Origin: a bacterium
Lineage (GTDB): Bacteria > Sysuimicrobiota > Sysuimicrobiia > Sysuimicrobiales > Segetimicrobiaceae
Direction: 5' to 3'
Length of the DNA: 64,000 bases
Assembly (NCBI GenBank): GCA_035945995.1
Contig: DASYZR010000112.1
Location: forward strand, 3,230-67,229
Shown here piece by piece: positions 53,796 through 62,333 of this stretch (position 1 is its first letter; each line of letters starts with the position of its first letter). Both the position numbers and the translations under genes were made by a program. Below the pieces are notes generated by a model that ran no database searches, was not told where the DNA came from, and saw nothing but the letters and a program-made list of their open reading frames with translations.

Positions 53796-54575
53796 CTAGC
53801 GGCCCTCGAACCGGGCCGGCCGGCGCGCCAAAAAGGCCCGCACGCCTTCCCGGTAGTCGATGCTCTCGTACGCCGCTTCGACGAATGCGGCGATGTCGCG
53901 ATCGGTCATCGTCCCCTCCCCCGCCAGGTGTTGGAGCATCGCCTTGGCGCCTTGCTGCGACAGCGGCGCCTGCTGGGCGAGTCCGCGGGCGTACGCGTAG
54001 GTTTCCCGGTCCAATTCTTCCGGCGCGTAGACCCGGTTGACCAGGCCCATCGCGAGCGCCTCGTCGGCCTCGAGGAGACGGCCGCTGAACAAGAGGTCAC
54101 GCGCCCGGCTGGGTCCGACGGCGGCCGCGAGACGCCGCGTCGCCCCAAGCCCGTACACGATCCCGAGCCGCGCCGCCGTGATGCCGAACCGCCCCGTCTG
54201 TCCCGCCCACCGCAGGTCGCAGGCCAGCGCGATCTCCAGGCCGCCGCCGACGCAAAACCCGTGGATCATGGCGATCGTCGGCTTCGGAAGATCCGCGAGC
54301 GCGCGCTCCGCCGTCGCCACGAGCGCGCTGTAGGCCCGCGCGGACGCCGCGCCGCTCCGGACGTGCTCGAACTCGGAGATGTCGGCGCCGGAGGCAAACG
54401 CCTCATCGCCCGCCCCGCGGACGACGACCGCGCGCACGCCGGGATCGGCGGCGAGCGGCGCCAGCACGCCCGGCAGCGCCTCCCACATCGCGACGGTAAC
54501 CGCGTTGTGCTTCTCCGGACGGTTCAGCGTGACGGTGGCGACGGGCCCATCGCGCCGTACCAGCAGCTCGTCCAT
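53796..54575 (-). CDS. Enoyl-CoA hydratase/isomerase (crotonase fold)
   Basis: Start at ATG 54575 with GAAGGAG RBS (M110 of ORF 53796..54902). VRGAGDEAFASGADISEF and HGFCVGGGLEIALACDLR oxyanion-hole motifs. The upstream part of the ORF is antisense to tRNA-Pro and non-coding. Confidence 0.85.
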   Translation of the reverse strand: MDELLVRRDGPVATVTLNRPEKHNAVTVAMWEALPGVLAPLAADPGVRAVVVRGAGDEAFASGADISEFEHVRSGAASARAYSALVATAERALADLPKPTIAMIHGFCVGGGLEIALACDLRWAGQTGRFGITAARLGIVYGLGATRRLAAAVGPSRARDLLFSGRLLEADEALAMGLVNRVYAPEELDRETYAYARGLAQQAPLSQQGAKAMLQHLAGEGTMTDRDIAAFVEAAYESIDYREGVRAFLARRPARFEGR

Positions 54576-54694
54576 GCGACCGGCTCCTTCCCGTGGCGGC
54601 GACACTTCAGGTTCTCCTCCGGCGCACGCGTTCCCCGCCGTTCGCGTGGTCATGCCGACGGCGTGAGCCGGGACCCCGAATGCGTCACGTCCGA

Positions 54695-54724
54695 TTGTGC
54701 GCGGCCCGCGCCGGGTGCTACAAT
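54695..54724 (+). promoter_or_regulatory. sigma70-like promoter for tRNA-Pro (TTGTGC-N18-TACAAT)
   Basis: Hexamers read directly. The -10 TACAAT ends about 13 nt before the tRNA 5' end. Confidence 0.5.
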
Positions 54725-54737
54725 CAAGAATGCGCGT

Positions 54738-54814
54738 CGGGGAGTAGCGCAGCTTGGTAGCGCGCAGCGTTCGGGACGCTGAGGCCGAGGGTTCAAGTCC
54801 CTCCTCCCCGACCA
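54738..54814 (+). tRNA. tRNA-Pro (anticodon CGG)
   Basis: CGGGGAG acceptor stem pairing with CTCCCCG, D-arm GCGCAGCTTGGTAGCGC, anticodon loop TTCGGGA, T-arm GAGGGTTCAAGTCCCTC, discriminator A and encoded CCA. 77 nt. Confidence 0.9.
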
Positions 54815-54957
54815 GTTCACCGGCGACAGAATCTCCACAATCTCTCCGCCACGGATCCATGACACGTCCACGGACGTCCCTCAGACTATGAACACGAGAC
54901 ACAGAGGCGAGGTCCGGCCGGCCGCACGACCGCCGACGCGCGAAAGGAGAGCTTCAC

Positions 54958-55326
54958 ATGCCAAGGTTTGTCGAAATGGACGACAGAACGACGCTGCGGG
55001 CGCAGATGGAACAGAAATCTGGTACTGTGATCCTCATCAATGAATTCACGGTGGAACCGGAAGACGAGGAACAATTCTTGAAGGCGTGGGCGGCGGACGC
55101 CGCTCTCATGAAGCGGCAGCCCGGGTTCATTTCCACACAGCTGCACAGGGGCATCGGCGGCAGCCGCGTGTTCGTGAATTACGCGGTGTGGGAATCCGCG
55201 GCGGACTTCAAACAAGCGTTTAACAACCCTGAGTTCCAGGCGAAGATGAAGGATTATCCGCGAGACACCGCGGCCTCGCCCCACCTGTTCCAGAAAGTCG
55301 CCGTGGCCCGGATTTGCCTGGGTTGA
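54958..55326 (+). CDS. Antibiotic-biosynthesis-monooxygenase (ABM) domain protein
   Basis: GAAAGGAGAG RBS. VILINEFTVEPEDEEQFLKAWAADAALMKRQPGFISTQLH...VFVNYAVWESAADFKQAF matches the ABM ferredoxin-like pattern. Confidence 0.75.
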   Translation: MPRFVEMDDRTTLRAQMEQKSGTVILINEFTVEPEDEEQFLKAWAADAALMKRQPGFISTQLHRGIGGSRVFVNYAVWESAADFKQAFNNPEFQAKMKDYPRDTAASPHLFQKVAVARICLG

Positions 55327-55345
55327 TGCGCAGGAGTGACGCTCG

Positions 55346-55966
55346 GTGACGTCCCGGCGACGCTTCGCTTGGGGGCTCGCGATAGCCGTCGCGCTCAGCG
55401 CGGGCCGCCCGGGCGGACTCGCCGGAGGGGCTCGCGCCGCGCTGGCAAACGTGCCTCAATCCATTACCATTACCGCCCGCGCCTGCGGACGCGAACGCTG
55501 GAATGTGAAGACCCTCACCGACCCTGCCGCGGCGCAGGTCGACCTCACGCCGATCCCGTCCACTATCGAGGCACTCCGCGCCCTGCCCATGCCCGGGCCA
55601 ATCCTGTTCGGCACCCCCAGGCTCTCTCAGGAACGGCACAGTTACGCGGTGGCGGCGCAGCTGCTGTGGGACAAGCTCGAAGCGGACGGCGACTTCCACG
55701 TCGTGATCGCCGGCCAGAGCGGGGCGACGATGATCGCCGAAATCCCCGATCCGGGCTGCGCCGCGGGGTCCGCAATCGGCACGACTCTTGCCCGGGTCCG
55801 CGGGGAGTTCGTTGCCAAGTTCGGGGCGCCGAGCCCCGAGCGATTCGAGCGGGTTCGCGGCACGGCGCGCGTCCGGATCACCGGGGTATTATTTTTCGAC
55901 GTGCTCCACGGCCAGCGGGGCGTCGCGCCAAACGGCGTCGAGCTCCACCCCGTGCTCGGTCTGTGA
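55346..55966 (+). CDS. Secreted hypothetical protein
   Basis: Signal peptide MTSRRRFAWGLAIAVALSAG. No family recognised. C-terminal GVLFFDVLHGQRGVAPNGVELHPV segment. Confidence 0.55.
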   Translation: MTSRRRFAWGLAIAVALSAGRPGGLAGGARAALANVPQSITITARACGRERWNVKTLTDPAAAQVDLTPIPSTIEALRALPMPGPILFGTPRLSQERHSYAVAAQLLWDKLEADGDFHVVIAGQSGATMIAEIPDPGCAAGSAIGTTLARVRGEFVAKFGAPSPERFERVRGTARVRITGVLFFDVLHGQRGVAPNGVELHPVLGL

Positions 55967-55970
55967 GCGG

Positions 55971-56807
55971 TTACTCCGGAGCGCCGTGGCCGGAGGCGAC
56001 GCGCAGCACGCCGCGCACGATGTCGCGGAACGCCTCGTCGTAGTTGCCGCCCCTGACGCCCCACGCGTACTCGACGCCGCGCCAGCGCATTCGCCACGCT
56101 CCGACCCAGCCGGGGAGCGCTTCCTGGAATTCGAGCGTACCCGCGACGCGCGCCCCGGCCGTCGCGGTCGTCGCGGGAAGGACCGGGGAGTGCCCCGCGC
56201 GGATGCCCCAGGCGGCGAACTCGGCTTCGGTCGGGAAGCGCACCGTCATGTCGAAGGCGCGGGCCGCGTCGGCGAAGGCGGCCCGTTGCTCAATGCCGGC
56301 CGGGCTCTCGGCGCTCAGCAGATAGGACGCGGTCCCGAAGCGCACCGCGAGCACCGGTACCACCACCGGCCGCGTCCCGCGCCAGGGCCGCTCGCCCAAA
56401 TCCGCCAAGGCCCTGTCGATTCGCGCCGGGACGAACTTCACCGTGAGATTGTAGGGGCGATCGCGGGTGCCCTGTTCGTCGTGAATAGGTCTCCCGGCCA
56501 TCCGATCCACGTACGAGAACGACGCCACCCACCTGCCCGCACGCGCGGCCAATGCGGCGACGCGCGCATCGTCGCGCAACCGCGGTTCGCCGGAGACGTT
56601 TACGAGAACCGCGCGTAATGCCTGCGCGAACCCGAACGGGCGGCTCCGCGTGTCGTAGCCGGTAACGATGACCGTCGCCTGGTAGAGCTCGCTTCGCTGC
56701 TGTGCTCCGCCGGAGCGGGGGGCGGCCGCGACTGAGAGCATGACGAGGACCAACGCGACCGCACGCCACCGGCGCCTCGCGCGCCACTCCGTCATCGGCC
56801 GGTTCAT
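55971..56807 (-). CDS. Secreted hypothetical protein, tandem paralog A
   Basis: Start ATG 56807 (MNRPMTEW) or 56795. Signal peptide AVALVLVMLSVAAAPRSGGAQ. About 65% identical to paralog B, including the identical C-terminus LRVASGHGAPE. Confidence 0.65.
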   Translation of the reverse strand: MNRPMTEWRARRRWRAVALVLVMLSVAAAPRSGGAQQRSELYQATVIVTGYDTRSRPFGFAQALRAVLVNVSGEPRLRDDARVAALAARAGRWVASFSYVDRMAGRPIHDEQGTRDRPYNLTVKFVPARIDRALADLGERPWRGTRPVVVPVLAVRFGTASYLLSAESPAGIEQRAAFADAARAFDMTVRFPTEAEFAAWGIRAGHSPVLPATTATAGARVAGTLEFQEALPGWVGAWRMRWRGVEYAWGVRGGNYDEAFRDIVRGVLRVASGHGAPE

Positions 56808-56842
56808 CCCTCCGCCGTCCTCAAGGCGCGGGTGCATGCGTG

Positions 56843-57673
56843 TCACTCCGGAGCGCCGTGGCCGGATGCGACGCGCACCACGCCGCTCACGAGATCGCGA
56901 AACGCCTCGTCGTAGTTGCCGCCCTTGATGCCCCACGCGTAGTCGACGCCGCGCCAGCGCATTCGCCAGGCCCCGACCCAGCCGGGGAGCGCCTCCTGGA
57001 ATTCGAGCGTACCCGCGACCGGCGCCTGGTCCGTGGCCGTCGTGCCGGGAAGCACAGGGAACGGCCCCGTGGCGACGCCCCAAGCGGCGAACTCGGCCTC
57101 GGTCGGAAAGCGCACCGTCATGTAGAAATCACCGGCGACGTCGGCGAAGGCTTGGCGCTGCGACGCCCCCGCCGGATTTTCGGCGCTCAGCAGATACGAC
57201 GCCGCCGCGCCACGCACCCTGAGCACCGGCACGATCACCGGCCGCTGCCCCCGCCAGGGCCGTTCGCCCAGATCCGCCAACACTTTATCGATCATCGCTG
57301 GGACGAAATGCACGGTGAGGTTGAACGGCCGATCGTACGTTCCCTGGTCGTCGTGATGGTGGTACGCGGCGAGTTGATCGACATAGTCAAAGGATCCGAC
57401 GAACAGGTTCGCCTCCGCGGCCAGCCTGTCGACCCGCGGATCGCGCGACAGCCGCGGCTCCCCGGAGACCTTCACGAGGACCGCACGCAGGCATCGCGCG
57501 AATCCGATCGGGCGGCTGCGCCTGTCGGAGCCCGTGACGACGGCGGTCGCCTTATACAAACCGCTCATCTCTTGCGCCCCGCCGGATCGGGGGGCGGCGG
57601 CGAGTGCGACAGAGAGCATGACAACAACCAATGCGGATGCACGGCACCGGCGCGTCGCTGGCCACTCCGCCAT
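56843..57673 (-). CDS. Secreted hypothetical protein, tandem paralog B
   Basis: Signal peptide ASALVVVMLSVALAAAPRSGGAQ. The DNA of its 3' 170 nt is about 90% identical to the corresponding part of paralog A. Confidence 0.65.
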   Translation of the reverse strand: MAEWPATRRCRASALVVVMLSVALAAAPRSGGAQEMSGLYKATAVVTGSDRRSRPIGFARCLRAVLVKVSGEPRLSRDPRVDRLAAEANLFVGSFDYVDQLAAYHHHDDQGTYDRPFNLTVHFVPAMIDKVLADLGERPWRGQRPVIVPVLRVRGAAASYLLSAENPAGASQRQAFADVAGDFYMTVRFPTEAEFAAWGVATGPFPVLPGTTATDQAPVAGTLEFQEALPGWVGAWRMRWRGVDYAWGIKGGNYDEAFRDLVSGVVRVASGHGAPE

Positions 57674-57816
57674 CGCCTTGTCTCCCCTCCTTCCTCGATT
57701 AACCAGTTATCTCGTCACATAGGTTACGGCGAACCATGCAAGAATTCAAGATGGTCCCATAACCGACAAACCTGTTTATGGTGCGGCATCCGGGAGGGAC
57801 GTGAGGAGGATGGAGC

Positions 57817-58383
57817 ATGGAGCCGGGGCGACGCCGGCCGGCACCTGGGACGCTGCGCCTGCTTCAACAATTCATCAACACCTACAACATCGAGCGAGAA
57901 CACCTCGGACTGCGCACGGAGGAGTTCGCTTCACCAGCCGACCTCCGCCGCTGGCTGGTGAAGCACGCCTTGCTGGCCCGGAGCGCGCGCGTCCGGGCAG
58001 CCGAGGTCGGACGTGTCCAGGAGGTTCGCGAGGCGCTCCGCCGCCTCTTGCGGGCGCACAACGGCGGGCCGAGGGATTCGACCGCCGTGGGGGTGCTGAA
58101 CCGTCTCGCGCGGGACGCGCGCCTGGCGGTCCGCCTCCGGCAGGATGGCCAGATGCGGCTCGAATCGGACGCGCCGGGCGTCATCGGAGCGCTCGGCCGG
58201 CTCGTGGCGGCGGCGTTTATGGCGCAGATCGAGGGGACGTGGCCGCGGCTGAAGGCGTGCCGGAGGTGCCACTGGGCCTTCTACGACCACTCAAAGAATC
58301 GGTCGGGACGATGGTGCGTGATGTCCATCTGCGGGAACCGAACGAAGGCTCACGCCTATCGCTCGCGCCATCGCGGGCGCTGA
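57817..58383 (+). CDS. CGNR zinc-finger (ABATE domain plus zf-CGNR) putative stress-responsive regulator
   Basis: C-terminal CRRCHWAFYDHSKNRSGRWCVMSICGNRTK contains the CGNR zinc ribbon. N-terminal ABATE-like domain. Confidence 0.8.
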   Translation: MEPGRRRPAPGTLRLLQQFINTYNIEREHLGLRTEEFASPADLRRWLVKHALLARSARVRAAEVGRVQEVREALRRLLRAHNGGPRDSTAVGVLNRLARDARLAVRLRQDGQMRLESDAPGVIGALGRLVAAAFMAQIEGTWPRLKACRRCHWAFYDHSKNRSGRWCVMSICGNRTKAHAYRSRHRGR

Positions 58384-58425
58384 GTGCCGGCCTTGGATGC
58401 GGAGTCTCCGCGGCAGAGACTTGGA

Positions 58426-59550
58426 TTAGTCGCGACCGCCTTCCCGTTCGACGGCCTGCGCGGCGGCGCTCCGTGCCGGCGCGGGCTCGACGCGGTTCCG
58501 GCCGCCCCGCTTGGCGGAGTACAGGGCGGCGTCGGCGCGCGCGAACATCGTCTCGGGCGTGTCGCCCCGCTCGTACACCGTGACCCCGAAGCTGGCCGTC
58601 ACCCACGCCCGGTCGCGCGCCATGGGGCGCCCGTGAAGCGACAGGCGGAGCTCGTCGGCGAGACGCGTCGCCTCGGGCAGAGCGGTTCCGGGAGCCAAGA
58701 TCAGAAACTCCTCCCCGCCCAACCGCCCGACGAAGTCCGTGGCCCGCAACCGCCGCTGTGTGGAGCTGGCCACGGCGACCAGTACCCGGTCCCCCGCCTG
58801 GTGCCCGTACACGTCGTTGATCTCCTTGAAATTGTCCAGGTCGAACTCGATCACGGCCAGGGGCAGTCCAAATCGCGCGGCCAGCGCAATCTCCCGGGTC
58901 AGCTCCATCATCAGGCTTCGCCGGTTGGGCAACTCGGTCAGCGGATCGGTGAGGGCCATCGTCTCCATCACGTGCTGGGCGGCCCGCGACGCCGCAAACT
59001 GGTCGCGGAGCCGGGCCGCCTCGGCGAGCAGCACAGTCGCAGCGAGGCTGGCCAGGAGGAGCGGTCCCGTTACGTTCAGCGTGCCGACCAGCGCCGCGGG
59101 GCCCCGCACGATCCCGAACACTACTTCCGGTGCCGCAAGCGCGGCATAATACGCGATGACGATGGCCCGGAGGTTCGCCCCCGCGTCAAACAGCACCCAC
59201 CCCGCGATGAGCAGGACCGGCGCCCACGATGTGGCGGCCGCGACATCGGGGCTCCCACCGGCGAGGGCCGCGCGCGTGAAGAGCACGATCCCGAGTTCCG
59301 CCGCGAGATAGGTCAACGCGATGACGGCGACCGCCATGCCGACGCCCGCCCGAATCGATGGGTTGCGCGCGGTGACGACGGCGCACCACAGAAACCCGAC
59401 CGCCGCGGCGAGACCCAGGATCTGCTCCGGCGATCCGGAGCGCCCCCCGACCGCCGGGATCAGGGCGGACAAGCTCGCCAGGCCCGCAATCGTCGGAAGC
59501 GCCCTCCGCGGCGGCTCCCGGCGGGCGTCGCGCCCTTCCCCCTCATTCAT
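58426..59550 (-). CDS. Membrane-anchored GGDEF-domain diguanylate cyclase
   Basis: Start ATG 59550. About 5-6 TM helices, then GGDEF with active site GGEEF and the RATD I-site 5 aa upstream. Confidence 0.85.
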   Translation of the reverse strand: MNEGEGRDARREPPRRALPTIAGLASLSALIPAVGGRSGSPEQILGLAAAVGFLWCAVVTARNPSIRAGVGMAVAVIALTYLAAELGIVLFTRAALAGGSPDVAAATSWAPVLLIAGWVLFDAGANLRAIVIAYYAALAAPEVVFGIVRGPAALVGTLNVTGPLLLASLAATVLLAEAARLRDQFAASRAAQHVMETMALTDPLTELPNRRSLMMELTREIALAARFGLPLAVIEFDLDNFKEINDVYGHQAGDRVLVAVASSTQRRLRATDFVGRLGGEEFLILAPGTALPEATRLADELRLSLHGRPMARDRAWVTASFGVTVYERGDTPETMFARADAALYSAKRGGRNRVEPAPARSAAAQAVEREGGRD

Positions 59551-59800
59551 ACTCCCGCACCGCTTGTCGTCCCCAACGACCCCTATCGTCTGACCGTCGC
59601 CGGCGTTCTGAGAGAGCGTGGGCAAAAGACAATCTGCGGATCACGCGTCGGCGGCCTCGTTCCGCGTATGCGCCCGGGTGTGGCTCACGGTTGCGATGGT
59701 TTTCTGCCCACGCTCGAGTCGTCGTAGACTTCCGCCACCCATGCCCCGGCCGACCAGGAGACCGTTTTGCGATGCGCAAAGGAGTTACTGGGGATCACCG

Positions 59801-60094
59801 ATGGCGGAGCGATTTTTCAGGGCCGCGGCGCTTGCAGGGGAGCTGCACCTTGTCGATCTCTCCGATTGGGATGACTGGGACTCGACGAAAGTGCAGTATC
59901 GAGACGAGGCGGAAGTGCGCTGGCTCATGCGCACCGGGGCGAGCGAGCGCCGCATCGTCCGTACGGCCGCCGAGCTCGACGCCGTCATCGCCGACTCGGC
60001 GTCTCCGCGCGGCATTTACCTTTACGTCAGCGAAGCCCTCATCCAGGAGACCAAACGTCGGTGGGAGGAACTAAAGGGGAAGCACCACCGGTAG
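59801..60094 (+). CDS. Hypothetical protein (97 aa)
   Basis: ATG 59801 in frame with ORF 59618..60094; AAAGGAG upstream (long 15-nt spacing). No family recognised. Confidence 0.4.
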   Translation: MAERFFRAAALAGELHLVDLSDWDDWDSTKVQYRDEAEVRWLMRTGASERRIVRTAAELDAVIADSASPRGIYLYVSEALIQETKRRWEELKGKHHR

Positions 60095-60108
60095 CGTGCG
60101 GCCGTCCT

Positions 60109-60651
60109 CTACCATGAGATCGCCGGGCGTCTCCCAGGCAGCGCACCGAGACGGACGCGCCGGGCGGTGGTCCGCCGGGGAGACGACCGTGGAGGGAGCA
60201 CCCCGGACGACTCCGGTTGCGGCATGTCAGTGTCTTCGTCGCGGGCATCTTCGACGCCGGGGGCACGCGAATCTTCGCCTGCAGTGTCCCGGGTCGACGC
60301 CGCCTCTCCCGGCGCGGCCGGGCCGGTGGACGGACGCCGCACCCGCACCGCCTTCGGCCGCCCATCCTTGCCCGGGCCGACCTCGAAGGTTACCTGTTCC
60401 CCGGCCTCCAGCGATCTCAGCCCCGTGCCCTCGATGTCGCTGTAGTGCACGAAGAAGTTGTGATCCAGTTCCGCGCACTCGATGAATCCCCAGCCGTGCT
60501 CGAACCGGGACACGACCCCGACATACCGGCGCCCGTGTTCGGCGCCCACGTCCTTGGCACTCTGCGGACGCGAAGTGTTCACATCGTGGATCCCGAGATG
60601 GTCGCACAGAGCCGCCAGCAGCCGTTCAATCCGATCCAATTGCGTCGCCAT
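60109..60651 (-). CDS. Cold-shock-domain (CSD) protein with N- and C-terminal extensions
   Basis: Central CSD (RYVGVVSRFEHGWGFIECAELDHNFFVHYSDIEGTGLRSLEAGEQVTFEVGPGKDGRPKAVRV) with RNP-like motifs. About 40-aa N-terminal and about 85-aa Pro/Arg/Ser-rich C-terminal tails are atypical for CspA-like proteins. Confidence 0.7.
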   Translation of the reverse strand: MATQLDRIERLLAALCDHLGIHDVNTSRPQSAKDVGAEHGRRYVGVVSRFEHGWGFIECAELDHNFFVHYSDIEGTGLRSLEAGEQVTFEVGPGKDGRPKAVRVRRPSTGPAAPGEAASTRDTAGEDSRAPGVEDARDEDTDMPQPESSGVLPPRSSPRRTTARRVRLGALPGRRPAISW

Positions 60652-60880
60652 CCTACAACCTCCATGCGAAGTCGCCCAGGGCATGAACCCGGATAGGCCT
60701 GTGCGAGCTCATGCCCGGGGCATTTCAGGCGGCCGCGAATACCGGCCCAAATCAACATCATCCGCTTCCGCTGCGGTCAACGAAACGATCAGCGCGGTTG
60801 TTCCCGGCGGTTCCGGGCGGACTACCGGTCAGCCCGTCCTAACGCGGGGGACCTAGACGACGAAGAAAGGGAGGCCCGGC

Positions 60881-61507
60881 ATGCCTAGAACCACGCTTTC
60901 AGCTGCGGCCGCCGAAGTCGCCCGCCGCGATGCGGTCATGGCCAAACTCATGAAGCGGACGGGTCTCTTCCGCCTGCCCAGGCCCGCCGGCGACCGCTTC
61001 GCCGCTCTCGCCGAGAGCATCCTCTACCAGCAGCTGGCGGGGGCGGCGGCGGCCGCGATCCACCGGCGATTCGTCGCCTTGTTCGACGGGGACCTCTCTC
61101 CGGAAGCCGTCCTTGCCCTCCCTCGGAAGAAGCTTCGCGCCGCCGGGCTCTCCGGCGGCAAGGTCGCCTCGATCCGAGATCTCGCCGCGAAGGTGGCCGA
61201 CGGCGCCGTCCCGCTTCAGCGGATCGGCAGGCTCCCCGACGAGGACATTATCACGCGTCTGTCGGTCGTCCGCGGCATCGGGCGGTGGACCGCCGAGATG
61301 TTCCTCATCTTCCAGTTGCGCCGGCTTGACGTGTGGCCGGTCGAGGACTATGGGGTTCGCAAGGGCTACGCGCTGGCCTACGGCCTGCGGGACCTCCTGA
61401 CGCCAAAACAGCTCCAGGCCGAGGGCGACCGGTTCCGGCCCTACCGGACGGTGGCGGCTTGGTATTGCTGGCAGGCCGCCCGCGAACAACGACGACCGCA
61501 GCGCTGA
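60881..61507 (+). CDS. DNA-3-methyladenine glycosylase II-like (HhH-GPD superfamily, AlkA-type)
   Basis: AAGAAAGGGAGG RBS. HhH motif (LSVVRGIGRWTAEMFLIF) followed by the catalytic Asp region (VWPVEDYGVRKGY). Confidence 0.8.
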   Translation: MPRTTLSAAAAEVARRDAVMAKLMKRTGLFRLPRPAGDRFAALAESILYQQLAGAAAAAIHRRFVALFDGDLSPEAVLALPRKKLRAAGLSGGKVASIRDLAAKVADGAVPLQRIGRLPDEDIITRLSVVRGIGRWTAEMFLIFQLRRLDVWPVEDYGVRKGYALAYGLRDLLTPKQLQAEGDRFRPYRTVAAWYCWQAAREQRRPQR

Positions 61508-61571
61508 CCATCGTCCGGCCCCGCCCACCGGCCAACGCAGGACCGCAGGAGCGCCCGTCAAAGATCACGCC

Positions 61572-61973
61572 ATGCTTACGCATGCAGTCGTCTGGATCGA
61601 TCACAACGAGGCCCGCGTCTTTCACGTTCAACCGGAGACTCCCGGCCACGTGCAGCCGGAGCCGGTCGACGAAACGACGATCCTGTCTCCGCAGCACCTG
61701 ATCCACCGGCATCCCAAGGGGCGGGGCGAGGCCAAAGAGCACCCCGAGGATGCCACGAGGTTCTTTCACGAGGTCGCGCGATCAGTGGATAGCGTCGATA
61801 CCGTGCTCGTCGTGGGGCCCGCGTCGGCGAAGCTCGAATTTCTCAAGTACCTGCAAGGCCACGACGAGAAACTCCACGCAAAGGTCGCCGGGATTGAAAC
61901 CGTGGATCACCCGACCGACAGAGAAATCGTCGCCTACGCGAGGAAGTACTTCAAGGGGAGCGATCGGATGTGA
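61572..61973 (+). CDS. Hypothetical protein, possibly host-attachment-protein-like (PF10116-like)
   Basis: HAVVWIDHNEARVFHV N-terminus and the ...TVLVVGPASAKLEFLKY segment resemble the eRF1/Dom34-like host-attachment-protein family. Assignment is from memory. Confidence 0.45.
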   Translation: MLTHAVVWIDHNEARVFHVQPETPGHVQPEPVDETTILSPQHLIHRHPKGRGEAKEHPEDATRFFHEVARSVDSVDTVLVVGPASAKLEFLKYLQGHDEKLHAKVAGIETVDHPTDREIVAYARKYFKGSDRM

Positions 61974-62000
61974 GACCCGGCACACGCGCCGGGCGCTGAC

Positions 62001-62309
62001 TCAATCAACCGCCACGAACACGTCATCCCCCTGGACCCGCACGCGATACGCGGCGACGGGTCTCCGCGCGGGACCCGCCACGACGTGCCCCGAGGTCACG
62101 TCGAACTGGCTGCCGTGCCACGGGCACGTGACCGTGGTGCCTTCGAGGGATCCCTGTCCGAGAGGCCCGCCCAGATGCGTGCACTCGTTTGCGACCGCGT
62201 AGAAGGTACCGCCGACATTGAAGACCGCGATCGCCTTGCCTTCTGCGGACACCACGGTCCCCGTCCCCGGCGCCACCTGACCGACTTGGGTCACCTTCAC
62301 CTCCGCCAT
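62001..62309 (-). CDS. Rieske [2Fe-2S] ferredoxin
   Basis: CTHLGGPL...CPWHGSQF Rieske cluster ligands. 102 aa. Confidence 0.85.
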   Translation of the reverse strand: MAEVKVTQVGQVAPGTGTVVSAEGKAIAVFNVGGTFYAVANECTHLGGPLGQGSLEGTTVTCPWHGSQFDVTSGHVVAGPARRPVAAYRVRVQGDDVFVAVD

Positions 62310-62333
62310 GCGAGCACCCCTCCAACCGGCGTA

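Noticed and set aside
55346-55966. HNH/His-Me-finger-like nuclease motif (H-x8-N-x4-H in LHGQRGVAPNGVELHPV) in the secreted hypothetical
   Set aside because: Spacing and surrounding residues do not match a canonical beta-beta-alpha-Me motif closely enough. Not asserted.
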